From an uncultured Muribaculaceae bacterium (lineage in GTDB: Bacteria; Bacillota_I; Bacilli_A; RF39; UBA660), in NCBI GenBank assembly GCA_964397275.1, contig CAYNHX010000004.1, positions 1,129 through 26,776 on the forward strand: a stretch of 25,648 bases of DNA, written 5' to 3'. Position 1 is the first letter of the stretch, and every line of letters starts with the position of its first letter. Under the pieces are notes generated by a model that was not told the DNA's origin, ran no database searches, and saw only the letters and a program-made list of their open reading frames with translations. A program made the position numbers and the translations under genes. Positions 7,630-16,018 of this stretch are shown one piece after another.

Positions 7630-9129
7630 ATGCTAAATAAAATCAAAGAATGGTTAAAACCAAAAAACAAAAATAAAGTAGGAAGACCTAAACTGGCAAA
7701 TAAAGACACAAAGAAAATTGTAAAAATAGAAATAGCATTAGCATTTGTACTGTGTGCAACGCTAGTATTATCAGGCACAAGTGTGCTAACAGGAAAAAGC
7801 CCAATAGAGCTGTTGTCATTTGGTATGGCAGGTAAAGCAAGTGGTAGAGCATATGTAGATGCAACAGAAGGAGATGTGCCACAAGAATATAAATTAACTT
7901 GTAATGGAGTTGATTATGGTAGATATAAAGTTAGATACTATACAACACCATCAACACTATCAGAAAAAGGACAAATAGGATATTATAGAACTGATGGTAA
8001 ACCATATACTGATTTTAGTCAGTGGGTAAAAGCTCCAACCGTTAGGTATGAAGTTACTATTCCAAAAAACAATGAAATAAGAGACATTGTAATAAAGTTA
8101 AATAATTGTGCAGTAATAGCAAACTATAACATTGCTAAAGCAGCAAGAAGAGTGCAAATATTTGTTAACTTTAATGATAAAGAATTGACAGGTAATGTAA
8201 AACCAGAGTTTTATACATATTATCAATATAGAACAGCAAACAGAAGTGTATATTCATATTCAACAATAAACAAAGGAGAGACTTTAAAAATAGACAATAA
8301 AGCACCAGAATTGGTTGAGACAAGTATTTCAAAAGTTAATGATGGTCAAAATAATACCGGTACTTTAAATATCACAACAAATGAAAATATTTATGGAGCA
8401 GGTTGGGGAGACCCGTTAAATCCAACTATAAAAGTGTCATTATATAAGTATGCTACAAGTACAAAACTATTTGAAACAACAACAAGCTTATCTCCGTCAC
8501 ATTTAATAAATGGTACATTTATAGGGTTAACAGGACACGTCACTTTTTACGATAAAACTACAGGCAAATCTATTTTAGTAAATAGTCAAACATATACAGC
8601 AGAAATAATATTAACAGATGCAATAGGAAATGTATCGGAAAAAAAATATTTTTATTTTAGAGTTTATGAAAACGGAACAGCCTCTCAAGTATTTCCGACA
8701 ACTAGCGGAGTTTCACCAACAGCACCGGTTACTACAACAATAAAGAAGCCGTTCGTGTCAACACTATCAAGTAGAATAGGTAATGTAAGAGTAAAAATTA
8801 ATGCATATAACGAATCTCCAGTACGAAAATTAACTACAGTTAAATTTCGTACAACGTTTGATTATATAGTTAAGCCAAGTGCAGGAGGCCAAGCATATTT
8901 TAAAACATTTGAAGTATCCTTCCTTGAACATCTTGGCGTAGATGCAACAGAAGTGAATCCAACAAATATATATAAGTGTGTTAAAATTAGAGAAAACGAT
9001 GACTATGGAGTAACACAAATGACAGTTAGAGAGCAAAGAACATTTGGTAGATGGGGAATATTTACTGATGCTAACTGTAGAGATAATGTTGGTTATTTAT
9101 ACACTCAAACTTACGAATATACAGAATAA
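7630..9129 (+). CDS. Hypothetical N-terminally anchored extracellular protein with a probable Ig-like domain
   Basis: Long ORF with RBS AAGGAG at 7613-7618. The track's GTG at 7618 overlaps the RBS, so ATG 7630 is preferred. Basic N-terminus, then hydrophobic IALAFVLCATLVLSGTSVL, then beta-rich Thr/Tyr/Asn sequence. IDNKAP ... TDAIGNVS resembles bacterial Ig-like repeat boundaries. P/T linker FPTTSGVSPTAPVTTT. Confidence 0.8.
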   Translation: MLNKIKEWLKPKNKNKVGRPKLANKDTKKIVKIEIALAFVLCATLVLSGTSVLTGKSPIELLSFGMAGKASGRAYVDATEGDVPQEYKLTCNGVDYGRYKVRYYTTPSTLSEKGQIGYYRTDGKPYTDFSQWVKAPTVRYEVTIPKNNEIRDIVIKLNNCAVIANYNIAKAARRVQIFVNFNDKELTGNVKPEFYTYYQYRTANRSVYSYSTINKGETLKIDNKAPELVETSISKVNDGQNNTGTLNITTNENIYGAGWGDPLNPTIKVSLYKYATSTKLFETTTSLSPSHLINGTFIGLTGHVTFYDKTTGKSILVNSQTYTAEIILTDAIGNVSEKKYFYFRVYENGTASQVFPTTSGVSPTAPVTTTIKKPFVSTLSSRIGNVRVKINAYNESPVRKLTTVKFRTTFDYIVKPSAGGQAYFKTFEVSFLEHLGVDATEVNPTNIYKCVKIRENDDYGVTQMTVREQRTFGRWGIFTDANCRDNVGYLYTQTYEYTE

Positions 9130-9138
9130 AAAATATTA

Positions 9139-9177
9139 AAAAAATTAGCACTTGCTATTGACAAGTGCTAATTTTTT
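9139..9177 (+). terminator. Hairpin able to act as terminator of the surface-protein gene (same DNA as the CIRCE)
   Basis: Perfect 16-bp inverted repeat AAAAAATTAGCACTTG / CAAGTGCTAATTTTTT with a 7-nt loop, 9 nt after the upstream stop. Confidence 0.55.
9145..9171. promoter_or_regulatory. CIRCE element (HrcA operator) upstream of hsp20
   Basis: TTAGCACTT-N9(GCTATTGAC)-AAGTGCTAA versus consensus TTAGCACTC-N9-GAGTGCTAA: one symmetric substitution per arm, exact 9-nt spacer, directly upstream of a heat-shock gene. Confidence 0.88.
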
Positions 9178-9185
9178 AGTATAAT
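9158..9185 (+). promoter_or_regulatory. Sigma-A promoter of hsp20 with its -35 inside the CIRCE
   Basis: TTGACA (9158-9163), 16 nt, TATAAT (9180-9185); RBS GGAGG downstream. Confidence 0.75.
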
Positions 9186-9209
9186 TATAATTGGAGGGAG
9201 GGATATTAG

Positions 9210-9599
9210 ATGAATTTAATACCAAGAAATTTCTTTTTGGATGATTTGTTTGATGATTTTCTTACTTCAAAAGACACCAACAATCTAAAATGTGATATCT
9301 ATGAAAAGGATGGTAAATATCATCTAGAAATGGATGCAATTGGCTTCAATAAGGATGATATGAATATTTCTTATGATAATGGATATCTAACTGTAGAATT
9401 ATCTACTAGTGAAGAAAAAGAAGATAAAAAGAAAAACTACATTAGAAGAGAAAGATATCAAAAAGATTATAAACGCACATTTTATGTTGGTGAAACTAAA
9501 GCAGAAGAAATCACAGCAAACTTTAAAGATGGTGTCTTGAAAGTAACTGTACCAAAACAAGAAAAAATCGAATCTAAAAAGAAAATAGAAATAGAATAA
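9210..9599 (+). CDS. hsp20: Small heat-shock protein, Hsp20/alpha-crystallin family
   Basis: KCDIYEKD, DMNISYDNGYLTV, YIRRER, YKRTFYV, ITANFKDGVLKVTVPK, IEIE C-terminal IxI motif. Confidence 0.95.
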   Translation: MNLIPRNFFLDDLFDDFLTSKDTNNLKCDIYEKDGKYHLEMDAIGFNKDDMNISYDNGYLTVELSTSEEKEDKKKNYIRRERYQKDYKRTFYVGETKAEEITANFKDGVLKVTVPKQEKIESKKKIEIE

Positions 9600-9620
9600 A
9601 GAGCATTTTTGCTCTTTTTT
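9598..9620 (+). terminator. Intrinsic terminator after hsp20
   Basis: AAAGAGCA-TTTT-TGCTCTTT followed by TTT. Confidence 0.8.
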
Positions 9621-9663
9621 CTTTACTTTTATATTAACTTTTTAATAAATATCTATGATTTAT

Positions 9664-9672
9664 TGATATAAT
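9664..9672 (+). promoter_or_regulatory. Extended -10 element for the first glycosyltransferase operon
   Basis: TG-A-TATAAT, 21 nt before ATG 9694. Confidence 0.55.
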
Positions 9673-9693
9673 AATATTAATGGTGGTGTATTA

Positions 9694-10773
9694 ATGAAAA
9701 ATATTTTATTAACTGCTTATAATTTAGAAATTGGTGGTATCGAAAAAGCACTAATTAATTTATTAAAAAACATCAATTATAAAAAATATAATGTTACTCT
9801 TATTTTAGAAGAGAAAAAAGGAGTACTACTTAAACAAATACCAAATGAAGTAAGTATAATTGAATATAAGATAAGTAAATGTAAGATTAAACTTATTAGA
9901 AAAATAATTAACAGAATTAAATTAATAAAAACAATAATATTTAACTATAATAAGTATTCTTTTTCGTGTTGTTATGCTCCATACTCAATACCAGGATCTA
10001 TAATAGCAAGATATTTATCAAAAAACAATTCAATATGGATACACTCAGATTACTATTATCTATATAATAAGGATACAGTAAAAATAAATAAGTTTTTTAA
10101 TGATAGAAAGATAGATAAATTTAAACATATTATTTTTGTATCTAAAGATGCAAAAGATAATTTCGATAAAATATATAGCAATCTAAAATATAAAACATTA
10201 GTATGTAATAATTTAATTGACTATAAGGAAGTAATTAAATTATCAAATGAAAAAACAAAAGAAATAAAACCAAATAAAACATTATTTATTAATGTATCTA
10301 GGCATGAAGAAAAAGCAAAAAGAATAACCAGAATAATTGAAGCATCAAGAAAATTAAAAGAGAAAGATTATAATTTTGAAGTTTGGCTAATTGGGTCAGG
10401 AGAAGATACTAACTTATATATAGATATGATAAATAAATATAAATTAAGTGATAATATAAAACTACTAGGATTCAAAGAAAATCCATATCCATACTATAAG
10501 TTAGCAGATGCTTATTTATTAACTAGTGATTATGAGGGATTTCCTGTTGTATTTTTAGAATCATTAATAATGAAATTACCAATAATATCTACAATTGACT
10601 CACTTAATATAAATGATTATGGTATTTTAATAAAAAAAGATACTAATGATGTATTTAAAAAAATGAAAATATTTATTGAAAGAGAATATAAAATAAAAAA
10701 AGAATTTAATGTTGAAGAATATAACAGCAAAGCAAGCAAAATAATTACTAATATGATTGAAAATAAATGGTAG
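9694..10773 (+). CDS. Glycosyltransferase, GT4-like (GT-B fold)
   Basis: LEIGGIEKALINL, IWIHSD, FINVSRHEEKAK, LLGFKENPYPY, SDYEGFPVVFLES (EX7E). Confidence 0.9.
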   Translation: MKNILLTAYNLEIGGIEKALINLLKNINYKKYNVTLILEEKKGVLLKQIPNEVSIIEYKISKCKIKLIRKIINRIKLIKTIIFNYNKYSFSCCYAPYSIPGSIIARYLSKNNSIWIHSDYYYLYNKDTVKINKFFNDRKIDKFKHIIFVSKDAKDNFDKIYSNLKYKTLVCNNLIDYKEVIKLSNEKTKEIKPNKTLFINVSRHEEKAKRITRIIEASRKLKEKDYNFEVWLIGSGEDTNLYIDMINKYKLSDNIKLLGFKENPYPYYKLADAYLLTSDYEGFPVVFLESLIMKLPIISTIDSLNINDYGILIKKDTNDVFKKMKIFIEREYKIKKEFNVEEYNSKASKIITNMIENKW

Positions 10774-10780
10774 GTGAAAT

Positions 10781-11704
10781 ATGAAATATAGTATAATTGT
10801 ACCAGTTTATAATGCAGAAAAATATTTATTAAAATGTATAAGTAGTATATTAAATCAAAACTATAATGGAAATTATGAAGTAATTATTATTAATGATGGA
10901 TCAACAGATAAATCAAAAGATATTATTGCGAGTATAAACAATAAAAAAATTAAATATTTTGAAATAAAAAATAGTGGAGTAAGTTATGCAAGAAATTATG
11001 GTGTTTCTAAAGTAACTGGTGAGTATTTTCTTTTTGTAGATGCAGACGATTATATAGCAAATAATTTGCTTAGTACAGTAGATAAAAACATTCAAAAAAA
11101 AATAGATATATTAAGTTATAATATAATTGATGTTAATAGTATAGAAACAAAAATTACTAAACCGTGTTTTAATGAAAAAACAGGAGAACAGGCAATAGAG
11201 GAATTTATTAATAGTAGTGTAATGTTTGATACACCAGTCGGTTATGTATATAATACAAAGTATTTTAAAACAAATAATTTTAAATATGCTAAAAACAAAG
11301 TGCATGAAGATTTTGGGCTTACACCAATTGTCATATTAAAAGCCCAGATAGTAAAATCCATTAAAGATTGTCTATATTATTATGTTAGGAATACAACTGG
11401 AATAACAGGGAAAACAAATAATTTAAAAAAAGCAGAAGATATGCTATATCACTTTGATAATTTATATAGCATAGTCAATAAAGATAATAGTATTGATAAT
11501 AACACTAAAAAAATATTTAATAGTTTTCTTGCTAATGCAATTATTAATAAAGCAAAGACATTAAATGGTAAAGATAAAGATAAATATATTGAAGAAATCA
11601 AAAATAGAAATATTCCTAGTCTATTATTGCAAAATAATATATTAAGATTAATAAAAAAAATAGTAATAAAAATAAATATTAAATTATATTTAAAATTATT
11701 TTAA
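10781..11704 (+). CDS. Glycosyltransferase family 2
   Basis: SIIVPVYNAEKYL, INDGSTD, GVSYARNYG, LFVDADD (DxD), HEDFG; RBS AGGTGA. Confidence 0.92.
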   Translation: MKYSIIVPVYNAEKYLLKCISSILNQNYNGNYEVIIINDGSTDKSKDIIASINNKKIKYFEIKNSGVSYARNYGVSKVTGEYFLFVDADDYIANNLLSTVDKNIQKKIDILSYNIIDVNSIETKITKPCFNEKTGEQAIEEFINSSVMFDTPVGYVYNTKYFKTNNFKYAKNKVHEDFGLTPIVILKAQIVKSIKDCLYYYVRNTTGITGKTNNLKKAEDMLYHFDNLYSIVNKDNSIDNNTKKIFNSFLANAIINKAKTLNGKDKDKYIEEIKNRNIPSLLLQNNILRLIKKIVIKINIKLYLKLF

Positions 11705-11713
11705 GGAGTAAAT

Positions 11714-12670
11714 ATGATTAAGGTTAGTATAATTGTACCAGTTTATAATTCCGCTTTATATTTAGATAAATGTCTAGATTCTTTAGTTAACCAGACATTA
11801 AAAGATATAGAAATAATTGTTATAAATGATGGGTCTACTGATGATAGTATGAATATTTTAAAGAAAAATAAAAATAAATATAATAATATAATTTTAGTAG
11901 ATAATAAAAATAATGGAATTAGTAAAACTAGAAACCAAGGTATAGATTTAGCAAATGGAGAGTATATCTCATTTATTGATAGTGATGATTTTGTGGAAAA
12001 GACAATGTATCATGAAATGTATGAATATGCAAAAAAGAATAATTTAGATATTTCCGTATGCAATTATTATAATTATTATAATAATATAAAAAAAGAGGAA
12101 GTAAAAATAGAGCATTTTGAAATTTCAAATTTAAAGAAGAATCCAAATTTAATTAATATAATTAATACATCTCCTTGGAATAAACTGTATAAGAGAACTC
12201 TATTTTATGATAAAACATGTAGATTTCCTGAGAATTTAAAATACGAAGATGTGGTATTTGTATTAAAAAGTTTAGATAAAGCAAAAAAAATTGGACATTT
12301 AGACAAATTTTTAAATTATTATTATATAAGAGAAAAAAGTGAAACTAATGTTATAGATAAAAGAGTTTATGATATATTTTTGATCCTAGATTTAATAAAA
12401 AAGCAATTTTTAAATAGATATAAAGAAGAAATAGAATATTTTTGTATTAGGCAAGTATTTAACTATACAATCAGGCAAAGAGAATGCAATATGAGAGAAT
12501 TTAGAAATAATTTTATTGATTATGCATTTAATTACTTAAATAAAAAATATCCAAATTGGAAAAAAAATAAATATTATAAAAAGAGAAATATATTTAAAAA
12601 AACAGTTGAAAAAAATAAAATAATTACGAAATTATATTGTGATATAATTAAAAAACAAAGGAAATTCTAA
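11714..12670 (+). CDS. Glycosyltransferase family 2
   Basis: VSIIVPVYN, INDGSTD, GISKTRNQG, FIDSDD (DxD), SPWNKLY, YEDV; RBS AAGGAG. Confidence 0.92.
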   Translation: MIKVSIIVPVYNSALYLDKCLDSLVNQTLKDIEIIVINDGSTDDSMNILKKNKNKYNNIILVDNKNNGISKTRNQGIDLANGEYISFIDSDDFVEKTMYHEMYEYAKKNNLDISVCNYYNYYNNIKKEEVKIEHFEISNLKKNPNLINIINTSPWNKLYKRTLFYDKTCRFPENLKYEDVVFVLKSLDKAKKIGHLDKFLNYYYIREKSETNVIDKRVYDIFLILDLIKKQFLNRYKEEIEYFCIRQVFNYTIRQRECNMREFRNNFIDYAFNYLNKKYPNWKKNKYYKKRNIFKKTVEKNKIITKLYCDIIKKQRKF

Positions 12671-12689
12671 TTCTTTTCTTTGTTTTTTA
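12649..12689. terminator. Probable bidirectional terminator at the convergent GT2 / ligase junction
   Basis: TAAAAAACAAAG (12649-12660) pairs perfectly with CTTTGTTTTTTA (12678-12689). Both stop codons lie in the loop (TAA on + at 12668-12670, TAG on - at 12669-12667), and each strand has a T6 run after the stem. Confidence 0.6.
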
Positions 12690-13995
12690 TCATCCTATTA
12701 CAATATATAGAATAAATTATTATAAATATATACATATATTGTTTTGTAGTAAATAATCCTTCTGTAAGTGTCCCTAAAAAGAAGAAAAATAGCAATAAAA
12801 AGCAAGGATACAAGTCTTTTATATTTTTATTCTTTAAACTACTAATTAAAAATGAAGAAAAGAATAAAATATATATTATTAAACCAATTATACCTATTTC
12901 AGCAGCAGTTTGAATGTAGCCATTATGTGGATACATATATTTTTCTGGTAATTTAATATTATTTTTTAAATAATTATTTACATTTTGTTTATCATATATA
13001 TAAGTATAATTACCTAAGCCAATACCAAGAATGTAGTACTCTTTAATAATTGATTCTCCAACCTTTTCATAGTAATTTCTATATACTATTGATGAATCAT
13101 CAGAAATATCAGGTATATTATTTTTGTTTTTATCATTCTTACTAATTATGCTTATTCTTAATTCTTTTGGTAAATTAATAGCTTTATAAACAAAGTCTGT
13201 AGCAGATTGAAAAGTATATTTATATCCTGGTATTAAAAATATTGTCAAAAAAGAAATAAATATTATAATAATATTTTTATACTTTTTTTTGTATATTGAA
13301 AAACCAAAAAATGTAATAGATAACATCACAAAGGCTATAACACCAGCCCTAGTAAAAGTAAGCGCTAAAACTATACTTGCAATAATATATAATAATGTTT
13401 TGTATATATTTTTTTTACAAATTAGATCATAACTTAGTATTGCTAAAATCATAATAATATATTTATCTAAAACGGTAGCTATATGATACGTAGAAATTAC
13501 ACGTCCCTTTATACCTATATACTTTGCTTTATCTATTTTATTTGTTAGCCCAAAGTCAAATATATATTGTAAAATCCCTAAAATACAAACAATAGAAAAA
13601 ACTATAAAAATATGTTTTTTAATATTTGCAAATTGATGTTCACTTATTTCAAAATTATATAATAAAAATGGAATTGTAACAATAATTAATATATGTATAA
13701 TGGCCTTTATGTTAAATAAAGAAATATTTATACCTAAAAAAATAGATAATGTACAAAAAAATATGAATATTAATGAGATACAAAATGTTTTATTTTTATA
13801 TATATTAATTAGTTTTTTTGCTTTATATAAATCATATAGTAATGAAATAATTAAAAGTAATGGCATTAATATAATTAAATATTTATAAAAATTCCCAATT
13901 TTAAAAAGATTGCAAATATAGTTGTTAGCAAATATTAGTGTTGTGAAATATAAATTTGAAATAATTAAAACATAGCTCTTTTCTGATAGTTTCAT
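12667..13995 (-). CDS. O-antigen ligase / Wzy_C-like multi-pass membrane protein (ligase, polymerase or O-oligosaccharyltransferase)
   Basis: The listed protein is the reverse complement of 12667-14022 (plus-strand CTA at 12667 = TAG; CAT at 13993-13995 = ATG of MKLSEK), so the track's '+' label is wrong. Family motifs: LALTFTRAG, a large loop ending SSIVYRNY, PHNGYIQTAAEIGIIG. RBS AGGAG (CTCCT at 14001-14005) supports the start at 13995. Confidence 0.88.
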   Translation of the reverse strand: MKLSEKSYVLIISNLYFTTLIFANNYICNLFKIGNFYKYLIILMPLLLIISLLYDLYKAKKLINIYKNKTFCISLIFIFFCTLSIFLGINISLFNIKAIIHILIIVTIPFLLYNFEISEHQFANIKKHIFIVFSIVCILGILQYIFDFGLTNKIDKAKYIGIKGRVISTYHIATVLDKYIIMILAILSYDLICKKNIYKTLLYIIASIVLALTFTRAGVIAFVMLSITFFGFSIYKKKYKNIIIIFISFLTIFLIPGYKYTFQSATDFVYKAINLPKELRISIISKNDKNKNNIPDISDDSSIVYRNYYEKVGESIIKEYYILGIGLGNYTYIYDKQNVNNYLKNNIKLPEKYMYPHNGYIQTAAEIGIIGLIIYILFFSSFLISSLKNKNIKDLYPCFLLLFFFFLGTLTEGLFTTKQYMYIFIIIYSIYCNRMIKNKEKN

Positions 13996-14012
13996 TTTAA
14001 CTCCTATTTTTA

Positions 14013-14041
14013 AGTATAACATTTGATTTAAAAAAACTCAA
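14013..14041 (-). promoter_or_regulatory. Sigma-A promoter for the minus-strand ligase-like gene
   Basis: On the minus strand: TTGAGT (14041-14036), 17 nt ending TG-T, TATACT (14018-14013). It overlaps the track's upstream ATG at 14022. Confidence 0.65.
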
Positions 14042-14066
14042 TTTCATTTTAAAAATATTAATAATT

Positions 14067-14075
14067 TGTTATAAT
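14067..14075 (+). promoter_or_regulatory. Extended -10 element for the GT4 at 14092 (divergent promoter pair)
   Basis: TG-T-TATAAT, then RBS AAGGAG at 14081-14086. Confidence 0.6.
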
Positions 14076-14091
14076 ATAGAAAGGAGAAAAA

Positions 14092-15219
14092 ATGCAAAAA
14101 ATATATTTTTTATTACTACATTTAGGATTTGGTGGTATTGAAACATCAACAATTAATACATGCAATGCTTTGTGTGATTCTTTTGATATTGAATTAATAG
14201 TGTTTTATAAAATTGATTTTGATTTAAGAGAAAAATTAGACAAAAGGATAAAAGTAAAATATTTGTATAATGGTAAACCAAACAAAGAAGAATTTAGAAA
14301 TGCGATTAAAAACAAAAAAGTAATAAAAATATTTAAAGAAGGCATTAAAGCTACTAGTATAATATATAAAAAAAAGAAATTGATGATTAATGAAATTAAA
14401 TCAATAAAGTCGGGAATAATTGTTTCAACAAGGATGGAGTTTAGTATACTATTAAGTAAATATGGAAATAAGAAAGTAATAAAAATTGCTCAAGAACATC
14501 AACACCATAATAATAATAGAAAATATATTAATGTAATAAAAAATAAATATGTAAATTTGAATTACTTATTTTCCCTTACATCTTCTTTGGAAAAAGATTA
14601 TATTAGAATTTTAAAAAACAGATCTGTTAAAGTTTTTTTAGTACCAAATATGATATTAGAAAGTAAAAATGAAGTATCAAAATTAAATTCAAAAACGATT
14701 ATTAGTGTCGGAAGATTTAATAAAATAAAAAGAATTAATTTACTGTTAGAAGTTTTAAAAAGAACAGAAAATGATATAAAATTAATTCTTGTTGGAGATG
14801 GAGAAGAAAAAGAAAAAATAATTAAGCAAATTAAAAAATCGGGTTTAGAGAAGAGAGTAAAATTAACAGGAATGTTATATAAGGAAGAAGTAGAAAAGCA
14901 GTTAATAAAAAGCAGTATATTTATATTAACATCAAGGTCAGAAGGATTACCAATGGTAATATTAGAGGCTATGGATAAAGGGCTGCCTTGTATTGCATTT
15001 GAGACAAAAAGTGGAGTTTCAGATATTATAATTAATAATAAAAATGGTTATATAATAAAAAACGATAATATTGAAGAAATGGCAAAAAAAATAGACGAGT
15101 TAATAAATAATAAGGCTTTATTAAAAAAGTTTTCAATTGAAGCAAAAAAAACAGTAAAAAATTTTTCTGTTAATAATATAAAAAAGAAATGGATAAATAT
15201 ATTAAAATATAACAATTAA
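14092..15219 (+). CDS. Glycosyltransferase, GT4-like
   Basis: HLGFGGIET, ISVGRFNKIK, LILVGDGEE, TSRSEGLPMVILEAM (EX7E), NGYII. Confidence 0.92.
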   Translation: MQKIYFLLLHLGFGGIETSTINTCNALCDSFDIELIVFYKIDFDLREKLDKRIKVKYLYNGKPNKEEFRNAIKNKKVIKIFKEGIKATSIIYKKKKLMINEIKSIKSGIIVSTRMEFSILLSKYGNKKVIKIAQEHQHHNNNRKYINVIKNKYVNLNYLFSLTSSLEKDYIRILKNRSVKVFLVPNMILESKNEVSKLNSKTIISVGRFNKIKRINLLLEVLKRTENDIKLILVGDGEEKEKIIKQIKKSGLEKRVKLTGMLYKEEVEKQLIKSSIFILTSRSEGLPMVILEAMDKGLPCIAFETKSGVSDIIINNKNGYIIKNDNIEEMAKKIDELINNKALLKKFSIEAKKTVKNFSVNNIKKKWINILKYNN

Positions 15220-15248
15220 TTGATTTATTGGGTATATTTTGATAAAAT
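15220..15248 (+). promoter_or_regulatory. Sigma-A promoter for the wzt-wzm operon
   Basis: TTGATT (15220-15225), 17 nt ending TG-A, TAAAAT (15243-15248); RBS GAGGAG downstream. Confidence 0.65.
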
Positions 15249-15275
15249 AGTAGACAAAGATGAGGAGCCGGATTA

Positions 15276-16013
15276 ATGAATACACAAGAAGCTATAATTG
15301 TAAAAAATGTAGATAAAAATTTTAAAATATTTTATGATAAAGCAAGCACTTTAAAAGAAAAAATATTATTTTTTAAAAAAAGAAATAAAAATGATTTATT
15401 ACATGTTTTAAAAGATATTGATTTAACTATATATAAAGGAGAGACAGTAGCGTTAATAGGTACTAACGGTTCTGGTAAATCAACATTATTAAAATTAATG
15501 ACAAAAATAATATATCCAAATAAAGGAAGTATAAAAACAAACGGGAAATTAACATCTCTTTTAGAACTGGGAGCAGGATTTCATCCCGATTTTTCTGGTA
15601 GAGAAAATATATATTTTAATGCTTCTATTTTTGGCTTAACAAAAAAGGAGATAGATAAGAGAATAAACAAAATTATAGAATTTTCCGAATTAGAAGAATT
15701 TATAAATAATCCAGTGAGAACATATTCATCTGGTATGTATATGCGTCTTGCTTTTTCAGTTGCAATAAATGTTGATGCAGAAATACTGCTTATTGATGAA
15801 ATATTAGCTGTAGGGGATAAACATTTTCAAGACAGATGTTACAAAAAAATGAAAGAACTAAAAAATGAGGGAAAAACAATAGTACTTGTTACTCACTCAA
15901 TGTCTGCAGTTAATGAATTTTGTGATAGAGCAATATGGCTTTATGATGGTAAAATAAAAATGGATGGTTTAACTAAGGAAGTAACAAAAGAGTATTTAAG
16001 GAATTGTGGGTGA
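15276..16013 (+). CDS. wzt: Polysaccharide-export ABC transporter ATP-binding subunit (Wzt/TagH/RgpD-like), no C-terminal accessory domain
   Basis: Walker A GTNGSGKST, LLELGAGFHPDFSGRENIY, signature YSSGMYMRLAFS, Walker B LLIDE, H-loop VTHS; 245 aa. Confidence 0.93.
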   Translation: MNTQEAIIVKNVDKNFKIFYDKASTLKEKILFFKKRNKNDLLHVLKDIDLTIYKGETVALIGTNGSGKSTLLKLMTKIIYPNKGSIKTNGKLTSLLELGAGFHPDFSGRENIYFNASIFGLTKKEIDKRINKIIEFSELEEFINNPVRTYSSGMYMRLAFSVAINVDAEILLIDEILAVGDKHFQDRCYKKMKELKNEGKTIVLVTHSMSAVNEFCDRAIWLYDGKIKMDGLTKEVTKEYLRNCG

Positions 16014-16018
16014 TAAAA

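Noticed and set aside
1527-8830. Short minus-strand ORFs antisense to dnaE, rnj, typA and the surface-protein gene (1527-1718, 4152-4418, 4692-4922, 5944-6225, 6367-6564, 7219-7530, 7688-7882)
   Set aside because: They lie wholly inside well-supported plus-strand genes, show the Ile/Ser/Phe/Leu bias expected from the reverse of AT-rich codons, and have no motifs.
12640-12648. Perfect TGATATAAT just before the convergent junction, which could drive antisense transcription into the ligase-like gene
   Set aside because: The same 9-mer occurs inside pyk (3238) and the oxidoreductase (24935), where it simply encodes Asp-Ile-Ile; chance hits are expected at this AT content.
13700-13888. 62-aa plus-strand ORF
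   Set aside because: It is antisense to the minus-strand ligase-like gene, low complexity, with no RBS.
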